A stretch of DNA of 64,000 nucleotides, taken from NCBI GenBank assembly GCA_937996685.1, contig CALKUP010000001.1:45322-109321 (forward strand), read 5' to 3'. This DNA is from an uncultured bacterium. Its GTDB lineage: Bacteria > Patescibacteriota > Patescibacteriia > UBA9570 > XYC2-FULL-38-9. Both the position numbers and the translations under genes were made by a program. This document shows positions 31,580 through 41,812 of the stretch, piece by piece. Numbering within the stretch: the first letter of the stretch is position 1; each line of letters begins with the position of its first letter. The notes below the pieces were generated by a model. That model saw only the letters and a program-made list of their open reading frames with translations. It had not been told where the DNA came from and did not search any database.

Positions 31580-31705
31580 AGTATATATTATTGTAACACA
31601 CTGTACAGCACTTTTTCCGTACACACAATATTGTTTTCTTTGGTAAATCCCGCTAGGATGAATAAACACACTGAATCAATAGTGTGCTCATTCCAAGGAC
31701 AAAGC

Positions 31706-32398
31706 ATGACAAATGAATTGCCACAGTGGGACCCGAGCGTGACGGTGTTTTCGCGTTCGCAGCGCCCGACTCGTGACGAGGTTGAGGCAATGGCCCAGAT
31801 GATGGGCCTGGGCTTTCAGAGCTCTCGCTTGATGCAGCATTGGGCTGGCGACACGAGCGTTTCCGGCATCGTCGAGTTGATGCGGATGACGTTGTGGGCG
31901 GGTCTTCGATATGGCTGGGTCGCGACGACCTGGGACGACAGTGTCCCGACGGCGGTTTCTGTCTGGATTCCGCCGGGCGTGCGTGTGCCTGCGTGGTGGC
32001 AGGCGAGCTTGCTTCCGAGCATGGTCCGACAGTTTGGACTCACTCAAGCCTGCTTGATCCTCCGAGACCTCATCGTTTTAGACGGTGTGCATTCCGCGGC
32101 TGATCGGGAGATCGGAGAGCATGCCTATCTGCTCACGATTGTCACGCATCCGGGCTATCGACGCCAAGGACACTTCGCGCGCCTGATGATGCCGGTGGTG
32201 GACTGGTGCGATCACGTGGGCTGCGCTGCGTACCTCGAGTCCGATGACACCGGCGAGTCTGATCCTGATAAATGGAACAGATATCGTTACAGGAACTTCG
32301 GTTTTCGGTTGTACGGCAACGGAATTCCAGTTAGCGCAGAAGCACTGCGCTTGCTCTACCCGGCAATGATTCGCCCGAAACGCCCACAGCATTCCTGA
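31706..32398 (+). CDS. GNAT N-acetyltransferase, GC-rich
   Basis: VWIPPG, YL..I.T.P.YRRQG, AYLES, N...Y..FGF. Confidence 0.8.
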   Translation: MTNELPQWDPSVTVFSRSQRPTRDEVEAMAQMMGLGFQSSRLMQHWAGDTSVSGIVELMRMTLWAGLRYGWVATTWDDSVPTAVSVWIPPGVRVPAWWQASLLPSMVRQFGLTQACLILRDLIVLDGVHSAADREIGEHAYLLTIVTHPGYRRQGHFARLMMPVVDWCDHVGCAAYLESDDTGESDPDKWNRYRYRNFGFRLYGNGIPVSAEALRLLYPAMIRPKRPQHS

Positions 32399-32441
32399 TG
32401 AGGGGTGTGGTTGTTCCGGGTTCTTTTTTTATTCAAATATG

Positions 32442-32526
32442 CGGAGAGGGAGGGATTCGAACCCTCGGTATCTTGCGATACAACGCTTTTCGAGAGCGCC
32501 ACATTCAACCGCTCTGCCACCTCTCC
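32442..32526 (-). tRNA. tRNA-Ser(CGA)
   Basis: Reverse complement GGAGAGG..GCGCT-CT-CGA-AA-AGCGT, long variable arm, GTTCGAATC. Confidence 0.95.
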
Positions 32527-32600
32527 ATGTTCACGCGGTTTATACAGACTAACGCCCAGGCGCGGTTGCGTCAAATAGTGAAATTACGTAGTATAGGTGC

Positions 32601-32945
32601 ATGAAAAAACAACAACCATTAAAAGGTGTGAAAAACGTTGTCGGTGGATTTTTTGAGTTCATCCGAGAACAAGGCGTTGTCAGTCTTGCTGTTGGTTTTA
32701 TTCTCGGTGGCTCAATCACAAAACTTGTGACTGCACTTGTGAACGATATTATTACTCCAACAATTGGTATTTTTATCGGCTCAGTCAAAACATTAAATGA
32801 TGCAAAGTGGATAGTTGGGAACGCGGAAATTCTCTGGGGAAATTTTGCAGCAACAACGATTGATTTTATCGTCGTCGCATTTGTTGTGTATGTTGGGGTA
32901 AAGATTTTCGGCATTGATAAAATCGATAAGAAAAAAGAAAAATAA
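32601..32945 (+). CDS. mscL: Large-conductance mechanosensitive channel
   Basis: F.EFI...VV.LAVGFILG...LV..LVNDIITP; WGNF....IDF. Confidence 0.9.
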   Translation: MKKQQPLKGVKNVVGGFFEFIREQGVVSLAVGFILGGSITKLVTALVNDIITPTIGIFIGSVKTLNDAKWIVGNAEILWGNFAATTIDFIVVAFVVYVGVKIFGIDKIDKKKEK

Positions 32946-32946
32946 G

Positions 32947-33501
32947 ATGAGTACACAGACTGATTGGGCAGTGCGAATGCATGACCAGTATACACATCAG
33001 TATCCGGAGGTTGTTGCAAGCGTGCAGCGGGTGTTACGTGATATTTCAGCGACTTCTCATTTTTATGACCACGTAAAATTTTGTTATTGGGTCGGCAAGT
33101 CAAACGGCGAGCAGTTACAAGAAGATATCGACGTCCTTGATATTGTCCAAAATATATTGATTGTTGAATTTTTATTTCGAGAATGTGAGTTGTTGCCAAT
33201 GGTTGCGGACGAAGCAGCGGAAGATAGAACGGGAGCGTTGGTTGAATATCAAGAAGTGATGAATGCGTCTCCATGGGCTCGTTCGCAAACCGGTTGGATG
33301 TCGATTGATGATGAGTCATATGCGGCATTGCATTTGTTTCCGGAGGTATTACGCGATGGTGTGGTTGCACCGTTATTGCCAAAAGACGCAGACCAGCAGG
33401 AGTATGATCACGTCGACGGTTTTTTTATTGCGTACGGTTCTGATCAGCCAGTAAAAAAAGGACTCACACTGAGTGAGTGGGAGTCCTGGATGGTACAATA
33501 A
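32947..33501 (+). CDS. Acidic hypothetical protein
   Basis: 184-aa ORF starting right after the mscL stop. Confidence 0.6.
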   Translation: MSTQTDWAVRMHDQYTHQYPEVVASVQRVLRDISATSHFYDHVKFCYWVGKSNGEQLQEDIDVLDIVQNILIVEFLFRECELLPMVADEAAEDRTGALVEYQEVMNASPWARSQTGWMSIDDESYAALHLFPEVLRDGVVAPLLPKDADQQEYDHVDGFFIAYGSDQPVKKGLTLSEWESWMVQ

Positions 33502-33504
33502 ATA

Positions 33505-35871
33505 TTAAGAAGTTCTCGGTTTTGCCTTGGTAATTCTGATACTCAAACCAGTGCGCAGCGTGTGCTTTGGTGGTGTGTGTTGTCGGCTACGAGTTTTGTC
33601 GCCGCCCCCGACTCGATGTCGATAGATGTTGCGAAGATCTTCTCCATACACTGAAACAGGGAATAAGGCTTCCATTGCAGATCGAACCCCTTGGGTGTCA
33701 AATAAGCGTCGCATGGAGCGAGTTTTGTCGTCTTCTTTTTTGTCTTCAAAGTCATCTTCGCCGCCATAGAACTCTAAGGTTTCTGTGTCTCTTGTTTCTT
33801 CAATGACACGCATGCCTGGAACAAAAATTTGGTACTCCTTGTATTGTTTTTTGCCATCTGGCCGAGTGACTTCAAGGTCAAATTTTGCCATACGAATTTT
33901 TCCTTTACCTCCTCCGCCCGAACTGTCAAAGCCTTCACCAGGAAGTGGCAGGGGCTTGTAGTTGATAATCCGCGCAGGTATGCCTTTTTCATTTGCAACG
34001 CGCAACATCCCTTCAATAAGATAGGCAATTTGTTTTTGAGTCTTTATTTTTTCTAGTGGGTTATTACGCGCATCAAGTACCTTGCCGCCTGTTTGAATTG
34101 TTACGTATTCAATATTGCTAATATTGTCTTCTGGAACAATGTCAAAGACATAGGCTGATCGATTCGCGTCGTCTAAAAATTCCTGAGCTGTGCGATTGTC
34201 CCCGCGAGATCGATCTCGTGCGATTACTTTTCGCAGTGCTTGAGCGAGGCTTTTTGGTGGGCTCCACATTTGCACTGGGAATTCTTCGCGTCGAGGTCCG
34301 AGCACTAGCGCACGAGCGCCGCGACCAGAATCAGTGGCCACTTTCAAGAGGCTTTGTTCAATTGTGCGAAAAAGTTGCGTGCCAAGAGCGACGATTTCTT
34401 GTTGCGCTTGGTCTACTTCTGTCATGAGAAGCATTAAAATCAGTTTGCGTTTGGCTTCCCACAAGACAACGCCTCGATTTTCAGCGGACGGGAGGTGGGA
34501 GAGTGCTATTTCTGGCTGAAAGATAATTTCTAGCAATTGATCAACGTCCAGGCCACGAATTTCTTCTGCAACCGAGATAACAACTGGTTCACTGCCTGCT
34601 ACTTCAACGCCTGACGCTTGTTGTTGGAGCATCTCAAAAAATCCATCAACATCATTTGTGTGTCGATTAATGTCTGCCAATCGGTTGGTTGGCAGGAGTC
34701 CGCGATCATATAGCTCTTGAGTGAGTTGCTGTCCATTGCCATAATGTTTCGATGTTGTGTCTAGCGTATATGCGCGCACTGTCCCGACAATTTTTAATAA
34801 CCGAGCAGCTTGTGGGTTTTTTAATAAAATCCGCAGCTCTGTTGTGTCGAGCTTTTTGTCACCTGCAAGGAGTGGAAAAATCAGACTAATTGATGGAATG
34901 CCTTTGCCGGATTCAATGTCAAAATGCTCCGCAACGTTCTCGAGCACGCCCTCTGTATTTGAGTATTCCAGTGCTTGTCGAATATCTTGAATGTCAGCGT
35001 CTGTTGTTTCAATAATCTCGCTCCATAGCTCCTTTGTTTGGTGTATTGCGGCCACCGTGTCGTTATCGAGCGATGTCTCTGAACCAGCGAGCAGTGTTTT
35101 TAGCAGTGCCTTTGCTTCCGGCATTCGAGTGCGCGCCGCCGCAAGTGCGGGCCGAAGCGCGTCATTTTTCATTCGTGAATCTTCCGGTCGTGTTCCATAC
35201 AAAAGATAGTCGAGTACTTTCAGTTTTTTAATCGCTTCCATGCGAGCAAAATAATAACTTGCAAGCTGATGAACTTCGTGAACGGAATCGTCTTCAGTTG
35301 TGACGTCAGCTCGATTGTCTGCGTTGTATTGCATATGTTCAACCAGTGATACTTCTCGTCCATTGAGTGCAACTGAACCATTGATAACGAGGTCTTTGTA
35401 TTGCGACGGGGTGAGATAGGCAAAGCTCGCAATTTTATCTTCTGCTTGATCGAGTGGATACATGCTGTCTCCAGGAAGCAGTCGGCCGAGACAGTAACGA
35501 GCAACTTGCGTTCGCCGCTCTTCGGTCGCTTTATGGGTAAACGTGTATTGTTGTTCTACGGGAAGTTCAACCAGTCGATCCCGCTTTGTTTTTGCATGGG
35601 TTTCTTCAATCATTTCTCGAAGTGCCGCATCGATTACAGATTCACTGAATTGACCGTTTGGTTTTCGTTCGCGACCACCGCCAACGGGCATTAACAGTCC
35701 ATTTGCGTTTGCGCCACCCTTGATTGTCATGACCATTCGAGTGAGCTCTACTGTTTTTGGATCCGCGTCATCAGGAAGCATGTCTGGATTTGCTGATTGA
35801 AATAACAATACACGCACAACTTCATTTGGTGTTGGCTCTGTTTCAATTGGTTTGCGTTTTTCGAGTGACAT
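33505..35871 (-). CDS. Nudix domain protein with RelA/SpoT-synthetase-like C-terminal region (788 aa)
   Basis: PVGGGRE..ES...AALREMIEET Nudix box; KS..QA.RK...R, DDANR and KEYQI motifs. Confidence 0.65.
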   Translation of the reverse strand: MSLEKRKPIETEPTPNEVVRVLLFQSANPDMLPDDADPKTVELTRMVMTIKGGANANGLLMPVGGGRERKPNGQFSESVIDAALREMIEETHAKTKRDRLVELPVEQQYTFTHKATEERRTQVARYCLGRLLPGDSMYPLDQAEDKIASFAYLTPSQYKDLVINGSVALNGREVSLVEHMQYNADNRADVTTEDDSVHEVHQLASYYFARMEAIKKLKVLDYLLYGTRPEDSRMKNDALRPALAAARTRMPEAKALLKTLLAGSETSLDNDTVAAIHQTKELWSEIIETTDADIQDIRQALEYSNTEGVLENVAEHFDIESGKGIPSISLIFPLLAGDKKLDTTELRILLKNPQAARLLKIVGTVRAYTLDTTSKHYGNGQQLTQELYDRGLLPTNRLADINRHTNDVDGFFEMLQQQASGVEVAGSEPVVISVAEEIRGLDVDQLLEIIFQPEIALSHLPSAENRGVVLWEAKRKLILMLLMTEVDQAQQEIVALGTQLFRTIEQSLLKVATDSGRGARALVLGPRREEFPVQMWSPPKSLAQALRKVIARDRSRGDNRTAQEFLDDANRSAYVFDIVPEDNISNIEYVTIQTGGKVLDARNNPLEKIKTQKQIAYLIEGMLRVANEKGIPARIINYKPLPLPGEGFDSSGGGGKGKIRMAKFDLEVTRPDGKKQYKEYQIFVPGMRVIEETRDTETLEFYGGEDDFEDKKEDDKTRSMRRLFDTQGVRSAMEALFPVSVYGEDLRNIYRHRVGGGDKTRSRQHTPPKHTLRTGLSIRITKAKPRTS

Positions 35872-35928
35872 GTAAAAAAATGATGATCTTATTGCTTTTT
35901 TACCATATTTTCGGCAGTATAACAATGA

Positions 35929-37179
35929 ATGAAAAAACATAATCTCATTATTATTGGCGGCGGCGCATCTGGCTTGATGGCGGCTGTTGTGGTTGCTCGG
36001 CGAGGACAGCGCGTTTTGATTTTGGAAAAGAACGCCGTTGTTGGGCAAAAGCTCGCGATTACTGGCGGTGGGCGCTGTAACATTACAAATCTGCAAACAG
36101 ATCGACATGCGCTGCTAGCAAATTACGGCGCAGCGAGTAAATTTTTATTTTCTCCGTTCGCGCAGTTTTCAAATGAAGATACCGTTGAATTTTTTGAAGA
36201 GCTTGGACTCCCAATAAAAGTCGAGGCCAACAATCGTGCCTTCCCAGTTTCGGAATCCGCGCCAGATGTTGTTCGTGTGCTCAAAGAAGAGTGTGTGCGG
36301 CTCGGTGTCGAAATTCGGACACACGCGACTGTGAAACAGATTGAAAGTGCAAACGGCGCAATCACAGGAGTTGTGTGCGGCGGAGAAGTGCTGGTTGCAG
36401 ATTCGTATCTGCTTGCGACAGGCGGAAATTCACGCCCGGAAACAGGGTCAACCGGTGATGGATTTGCATGGTTGAAAGACCTTGAGCACACCGTTGTTGC
36501 GCCAACTCCAACGCTGGTGCCGTGGCTTTGTGCGGATAGCTGGACGAAACAAGCCTCTGGAGTGACACTAGAAAATGCCGCGCTGACAGTATTTGTGAAT
36601 GGTGCGAAAAAGGTTCGCAAAGTGGGGAATATATTGTGTACACACCAGGGCTTGTCTGGTCCGCTGATTTTGAATACATCCGGAGAGATTGCGCAGCCGC
36701 TTGCAGCTGGCGCAGCGGTCTCAGCGACAATTGATTTGTTTCCGACACTCGATCATGGAGCGCTTGATGCACAGCTTCTTGAATTGTTTGCGCTCGCGCC
36801 AAGCAAGCAAGTAAAAAATATTTTGACCGGACTTATTCCAGCGACACTTGTTCCGTCGGTGTTGTCGTTACTTGCAGCGAAGCAGACAGAAGATATCGCA
36901 GCCTTGACTGCAAGTGTGCTGCATCGCGAACAGCGTCGTGCGCTTGTGCAATTACTGAAGGCGATGCCAGTGACGGTTTCTGGCTTGGCAGGTTTTGAAA
37001 AGGCGATTGTGGCTGACGGTGGAGTCGCGCTAGAAGAAATTGATATGAAAACGATGCGCTCTAAAAAAATCAGCAATTTGTTTGTGACTGGAGATTTGTT
37101 ACATATCAATCGACCATCTGGTGGTTTTTCGTTGCAACTGTGTTGGACAACCGGTTTTGTTGCGGGGACGCATTGTTGA
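35929..37179 (+). CDS. HI0933/YhiN/BaiN family flavoprotein
   Basis: IIGGGASG, ITGGGRCNITN, TGSTGDG, TH.GLSGP, GGF.LQ. Confidence 0.93.
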   Translation: MKKHNLIIIGGGASGLMAAVVVARRGQRVLILEKNAVVGQKLAITGGGRCNITNLQTDRHALLANYGAASKFLFSPFAQFSNEDTVEFFEELGLPIKVEANNRAFPVSESAPDVVRVLKEECVRLGVEIRTHATVKQIESANGAITGVVCGGEVLVADSYLLATGGNSRPETGSTGDGFAWLKDLEHTVVAPTPTLVPWLCADSWTKQASGVTLENAALTVFVNGAKKVRKVGNILCTHQGLSGPLILNTSGEIAQPLAAGAAVSATIDLFPTLDHGALDAQLLELFALAPSKQVKNILTGLIPATLVPSVLSLLAAKQTEDIAALTASVLHREQRRALVQLLKAMPVTVSGLAGFEKAIVADGGVALEEIDMKTMRSKKISNLFVTGDLLHINRPSGGFSLQLCWTTGFVAGTHC

Positions 37180-37239
37180 ATAGAATAAGAAAATGTTCGG
37201 GCCGCCGACGGTGAAGTCAGCAGCCCGGGTGAGCGAGGG

Positions 37240-37539
37240 TCAGTCCTTGAACTCGACCCAGCCAACGCCAGTGTTGGCGTTGTAGTAGGCGGTATAGCCC
37301 GGCTCGGGCACAACACGCTCCGCCGTCATCCAGCCGGTGCCCTCGAACAAAAACATGCCGGGCGAACCAGACTCGTACGCCAGCTCCATGATGCGGAGGG
37401 AAGCAGGACCGGCCGAGGTCATGAAAACCACTGCGCCGGGGGTAGGTGCGTAGGCTTCGAGAAAGCCGAACGCGACTCCCTGAGCCGGGGGGTTGTGGAG
37501 ACTTGAGACAATGTTGAGTCGTGTCAATGGGCACCTCAT
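37240..37539 (-). CDS. GC-rich orphan (about 95-99 aa; start ATG 37539 or TTG 37527)
   Basis: TTGACC-N17-TATTTT promoter, GAGGTG SD before the TTG, GC-rich downstream hairpin. Confidence 0.55.
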   Translation of the reverse strand: MRCPLTRLNIVSSLHNPPAQGVAFGFLEAYAPTPGAVVFMTSAGPASLRIMELAYESGSPGMFLFEGTGWMTAERVVPEPGYTAYYNANTGVGWVEFKD

Positions 37540-37658
37540 TACGGTTTGTTGTGATCGTCTGGCACCGTAAAACCAGACCGCTGAAAATACCATATTTTCC
37601 ATAAAAGGTCAATGCATTTGGGTTGAACTCTGGCGAAAACGTGGTAGTATGAATTTCT

Positions 37659-39089
37659 ATGAAAAAGACAACAATTACTCCTCAAAGTGACAATTTTGCT
37701 GACTGGTATCAAGATGTGGTGCGAGAAGCGGATTTGGCTGAAAGTTCAGAAGTGCGCGGTTGTGGCATTGTGAAGCCCTATGGCTATAAAATCTGGGATT
37801 TAATGCGCGCTGAAATGGCTCGGTTAATCGAATCAACAGGCGCAGAAAATGTGTATTTTCCAATTTTTGTGCCGATGGCAAATTTAGAAGCTGAAGAAGA
37901 TCATGTGGAAGGCTTTGCTCCTGAGCTCGCAGTTGTGACACATGGTGGAGGCAAAGAGCTTAAAGAAAAGCTCGCAGTGCGCCCAACGTCTGAAGCAGCG
38001 ATGTACCCGACCTATGCAAAATGGATTCAAAGTTATCGTGATTTACCACTCCGTTTAAATCAATGGTGCAATGTCGTGCGGTGGGAAAAACGACCTCGCG
38101 CATTTATTCGTTGGAGTGAGTTCCAATGGCAAGAAGGCCACAGTGCATTTGCGACCGAAGCGGAAGCTCGTGCTGAGGTGTGGCAGATGTTGGATTTATA
38201 TGAGCAGGTCTATAAATTTATGGCTATTCCTGTGTTTCAAGGTCGAAAATCTGAAGTAGAAAAATTTGCTGGCGCAGAAATGACAACAACCGTTGAAATT
38301 ATGGTTCGTGACGGAAAAGCAATTCAAGGTGCGACGAGTCATTATCTTGGAACAAATTTTGCAAAAGTCTTCGACGTGAAATATCGTGGTGAAGATGAGC
38401 AAGATCATTTTGCACATCAAACCAGCTGGGGATTTGCCTGGCGGGCAGTTGGTGCGGTGATTATGGCGCATGGCGATGATCACGGTTTGCGTTTGCCGCC
38501 AAATGTCGCGCCGATTCAAATTGTGATTGTGCCGATTTACAAAGAAGAGAACAAAGATGTTGTGTTGAAATACGCGAGTGATGTTGAGGCGCAGTTGAAA
38601 GCAGCAGGAAATTTCCGTGTGAAAGTTGATCTGCGTGACAACATGAGTCCGGGTTTCAAATTCAACGAATGGGAAGTCAAAGGCGTGCCAGTGCGATTAG
38701 AAATTGGCGGCAAAGAAGCGGAAGCGGGGACAGTGACGTTGTTCCGTCGTGATTTAAATACAAAAGAAAATCTCACAGCCGACGCAGCAGTTAGCGGTAT
38801 GCAGCAATTAATGGCAGATATTCACGAGACATTATGGAATCAATTATCTGAATTCCAGGGCACACATGTTCATCGGATCGAAAGCATTGATGAGATTGGT
38901 GATCAAGTTGGTTTTTTTGAAGCCAGTTGGTCTGAAGATGTCGCGTCTGAAAAATTGTTGAAAGAAAAATATTCAATGGTGTCACGCGTGTTGCCGAAAG
39001 ACAAGATGGACGCCGCTCCAAAAAACGCGAAGTGCTTTATTACGGGCAAGGAAGCAAAACATGATTGGTTGTTTGCGAAAAGCTACTAA
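37659..39089 (+). CDS. proS: Proline--tRNA ligase (archaeal/eukaryote-type)
   Basis: RPTSE, QWCNVVRWE, EF.WQEGH, HGDD.GL.LPP, terminal FAKSY. Confidence 0.97.
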   Translation: MKKTTITPQSDNFADWYQDVVREADLAESSEVRGCGIVKPYGYKIWDLMRAEMARLIESTGAENVYFPIFVPMANLEAEEDHVEGFAPELAVVTHGGGKELKEKLAVRPTSEAAMYPTYAKWIQSYRDLPLRLNQWCNVVRWEKRPRAFIRWSEFQWQEGHSAFATEAEARAEVWQMLDLYEQVYKFMAIPVFQGRKSEVEKFAGAEMTTTVEIMVRDGKAIQGATSHYLGTNFAKVFDVKYRGEDEQDHFAHQTSWGFAWRAVGAVIMAHGDDHGLRLPPNVAPIQIVIVPIYKEENKDVVLKYASDVEAQLKAAGNFRVKVDLRDNMSPGFKFNEWEVKGVPVRLEIGGKEAEAGTVTLFRRDLNTKENLTADAAVSGMQQLMADIHETLWNQLSEFQGTHVHRIESIDEIGDQVGFFEASWSEDVASEKLLKEKYSMVSRVLPKDKMDAAPKNAKCFITGKEAKHDWLFAKSY

Positions 39090-39168
39090 GCAATTTGCAT
39101 ACGTTTGAAAAAGTACAAATAAAAGGTAGACTAGATCTATCTTTTATTTTACCTATCGCACATAACGT

Positions 39169-40002
39169 ATGATCTCTATGAATCACAATAAAACAGTGTT
39201 TATTACCGGCGCATCTAGCGGTATTGGCAAAGCTGCTGCCGAAGAATTTTTAAAAAATGGTTGGAACGTTGTCGCGACAATGCGCTCGAAAGAGAAGGGC
39301 GCAGAGCTCGCCGCGCACCCAAATTGCTTGATTGTTGAGCTTGATGTTGGCCGCGCCGACACTGTGACGGCCGGCGTTGCTGCAGCCATTGAGCGATTCC
39401 AAAAGATTGATGTGCTGGTGAATAACGCGGGGTATGCGCTCACCGGTCCATTTGAAACCATGGATGATGCCGCGATTGCGCAACAGTTTGATACGAATGT
39501 GCTCGGGCTGATGCGGATGACAAAAGCAGTGTTGCCGCAGATGCGCGCAAACGGCGGCGGCATAATTATCAATATCGCATCAATGGGCGGACGAGTAACG
39601 TTTCCGCTCTATAGTGTCTATCATGGAACAAAATTTGCGGTCGAAGGTTTTACGGAATCGTTGCAATTTGAACTTGCGCCTCAAAACATTCGTGTGAAAT
39701 TGATCGAGCCGGGTGCGATTAAAACGGATTTTTATTCACGCTCAATGGCGCATTCAAACGCTGATGGTATTGCAGAATATGAAGCTCTCTTAGCAAAAGC
39801 CATGCCAGTGTTAAATACCGCGGGCGCAAACGGCACAAGCCCAAGTGTTGTCGCACAAACTATTGTCCAGGCAGCAAACGACAATTCTCAAAAATTACGC
39901 TACCCAGTTGGTCAAAATTCTCGCTTATTATTATTTGTTCACGCAATTGTTCCGCAGCGTCTGTACGCAGCGCTTATCCGTTTGTATTTTCGAATTTCAT
40001 AA
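39169..40002 (+). CDS. SDR family oxidoreductase
   Basis: TGASSGIG, NNAG, YHGTK. Confidence 0.93.
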   Translation: MISMNHNKTVFITGASSGIGKAAAEEFLKNGWNVVATMRSKEKGAELAAHPNCLIVELDVGRADTVTAGVAAAIERFQKIDVLVNNAGYALTGPFETMDDAAIAQQFDTNVLGLMRMTKAVLPQMRANGGGIIINIASMGGRVTFPLYSVYHGTKFAVEGFTESLQFELAPQNIRVKLIEPGAIKTDFYSRSMAHSNADGIAEYEALLAKAMPVLNTAGANGTSPSVVAQTIVQAANDNSQKLRYPVGQNSRLLLFVHAIVPQRLYAALIRLYFRIS

Positions 40003-40015
40003 TAGATAGACACAT

Positions 40016-40567
40016 ATGATGACAGATGCAGAATTAACTTGGAAAAAAGTGAGTGAAGAAGCCTATCTGGCTCGCGGTGGATTTCGTCGTTTGATGACAC
40101 GGAATTTTCTATTACCAAATGGAAAAGAAGTGGTAATGGACATCACAAATACACAAACTGTTGTGCAGGTGATTGCGTTTACGGATGATGAGCATTTGTT
40201 GATCGTTGATCAATACCGACCAGGTCCCGAGGCAATCATGTCGGATATTCCAGGTGGATATGTTGAAGATTCAGAAGACGTTGCTGTTGCTGCTGAGCGT
40301 GAACTTCTTGAAGAGACGGGCTACGTGCCGTCACAAATTAAGCTCATTGGTGAAACAAGGCCAGATGGGTATTCAACATTGCGTAAATATACATTTCTCG
40401 CAACAGGCTGCAAAAAGGTTTCTGAGCAATCGTTAGATGACAATGAATTTTTGCGAGTTCGAGAAATTTCATTGACTGATTATGTGGCAATAGCAGCTCA
40501 GGCGCAAACAAGTAGCAGTGTTGATGGGCTGTTCCACTATTTTCATTATATCGGAAAAATTCTATGA
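40016..40567 (+). CDS. NUDIX hydrolase (ADP-ribose pyrophosphatase-like)
   Basis: QYRP, PGG.VE..E....AAERELLEETG. Confidence 0.9.
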   Translation: MMTDAELTWKKVSEEAYLARGGFRRLMTRNFLLPNGKEVVMDITNTQTVVQVIAFTDDEHLLIVDQYRPGPEAIMSDIPGGYVEDSEDVAVAAERELLEETGYVPSQIKLIGETRPDGYSTLRKYTFLATGCKKVSEQSLDDNEFLRVREISLTDYVAIAAQAQTSSSVDGLFHYFHYIGKIL

Positions 40568-41289
40568 CAACTGCTGCAGATATCAAAAACGCCCTTGCTG
40601 CACAAGCGTCGCCAGAAAAAGCCGCGAAGTCGATGTGGTTTTTTAAAACAGGCAAAGGGGAATATAGCGCGCACGATCAATTCATTGGTGTGACTGTCCC
40701 GGAGCAGCGCGCTATCGCAAAGCAGTTTCGAGATGCGTCGATGACGGTGCTCGCGCAATTACTGAAATCAAAAATCCACGAACATCGCTTAACAGCGCTG
40801 ATTATTTTGACTGATCGTTTTCCAAAAGCTGACAGCGAAACAAAGCAGGCAATCTATGATTTTTACATGAGTCACATACAGGCTGTGAACAATTGGGACT
40901 TGGTTGATACATCTGCTGGAAAAATTGTTGGCGGATTTTTATATACAGAATCTCGCGCAGAGCAAAAGCGCGTTCTTCTGAAGCTCGCACGAAGTCGTGA
41001 TCTGTGGGAGCAACGGATTGCGATCATTGCAACGCAGTATTTTATCGCACACGATGATTTTGTTTGGACGCAAACAATTGCAGATATGCTGATGAATCAT
41101 CCGCATGACTTGATTCATAAAGCAACGGGCTGGATGCTGCGTGAAATGGGGAAGCGCGGTGGTGACGATATTTTGGAAACGTATTTGAAATCGCGATACA
41201 CAACAATGCCGCGAACGATGTTGCGGTATGCGATTGAGCGTTTACCAGAAACGCGCCGAAAGCAGTATTTACACGGAACTATTTCGTAG
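40564..41289 (+). CDS. AlkD-like DNA alkylation repair protein
   Basis: FFKTGKGEY, NNWDLVD, LIHKA.GWMLRE.GKR. Confidence 0.92.
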   Translation: MTTAADIKNALAAQASPEKAAKSMWFFKTGKGEYSAHDQFIGVTVPEQRAIAKQFRDASMTVLAQLLKSKIHEHRLTALIILTDRFPKADSETKQAIYDFYMSHIQAVNNWDLVDTSAGKIVGGFLYTESRAEQKRVLLKLARSRDLWEQRIAIIATQYFIAHDDFVWTQTIADMLMNHPHDLIHKATGWMLREMGKRGGDDILETYLKSRYTTMPRTMLRYAIERLPETRRKQYLHGTIS

Positions 41290-41767
41290 TTTTTTTTGAC
41301 CAGGCTGCAAATTCATCCATGGATTTTTCCATGCTCGGTTCAAAGCTGATTTTAGCGGCTGCGGTGCTGATGCCGCTAATAAGCGTCAGGATCATTTTCA
41401 TACTTAATGAAACGCCGTAGCAGACAATATGTGCTGACATTTCATGGTTCGCAGTTTCAGCGTAGAGCTTGATCGCTTCTTTGGTTGGAAATTCACTGTC
41501 ATCAATTTGAGAAAAGTCTGCAATCGCAAACAACGGGTGGCCAGCTTTTTTGTAGGCGTCAAGACAAGAGTCACGCAACCACTCCGCTTCTTTCACGGTA
41601 ATTTCATCATTCCACGTTGGTTTGCCAAAGTGGATATGGATGAGATTTTTTTCCGGAAACCAACTAATAATATTATCAAGTTGTTCGTAAAAATAATATT
41701 CAACCGCACCATCAGGATTTGCGCAGTGTGTGCATTTGAGTTGTTGAATAACTGTTGCTTTATCCAT
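41279..41767 (-). CDS. Hypothetical protein, possibly STAS/SEC14-like
   Basis: alpha/beta pattern AIADFS...A...Y; weak motif support. Confidence 0.5.
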   Translation of the reverse strand: MDKATVIQQLKCTHCANPDGAVEYYFYEQLDNIISWFPEKNLIHIHFGKPTWNDEITVKEAEWLRDSCLDAYKKAGHPLFAIADFSQIDDSEFPTKEAIKLYAETANHEMSAHIVCYGVSLSMKMILTLISGISTAAAKISFEPSMEKSMDEFAAWSKKTTK

Positions 41768-41812
41768 AGGTATTTACACTACCATTCATTCTAAAAGGGG
41801 GCAAACACGATC

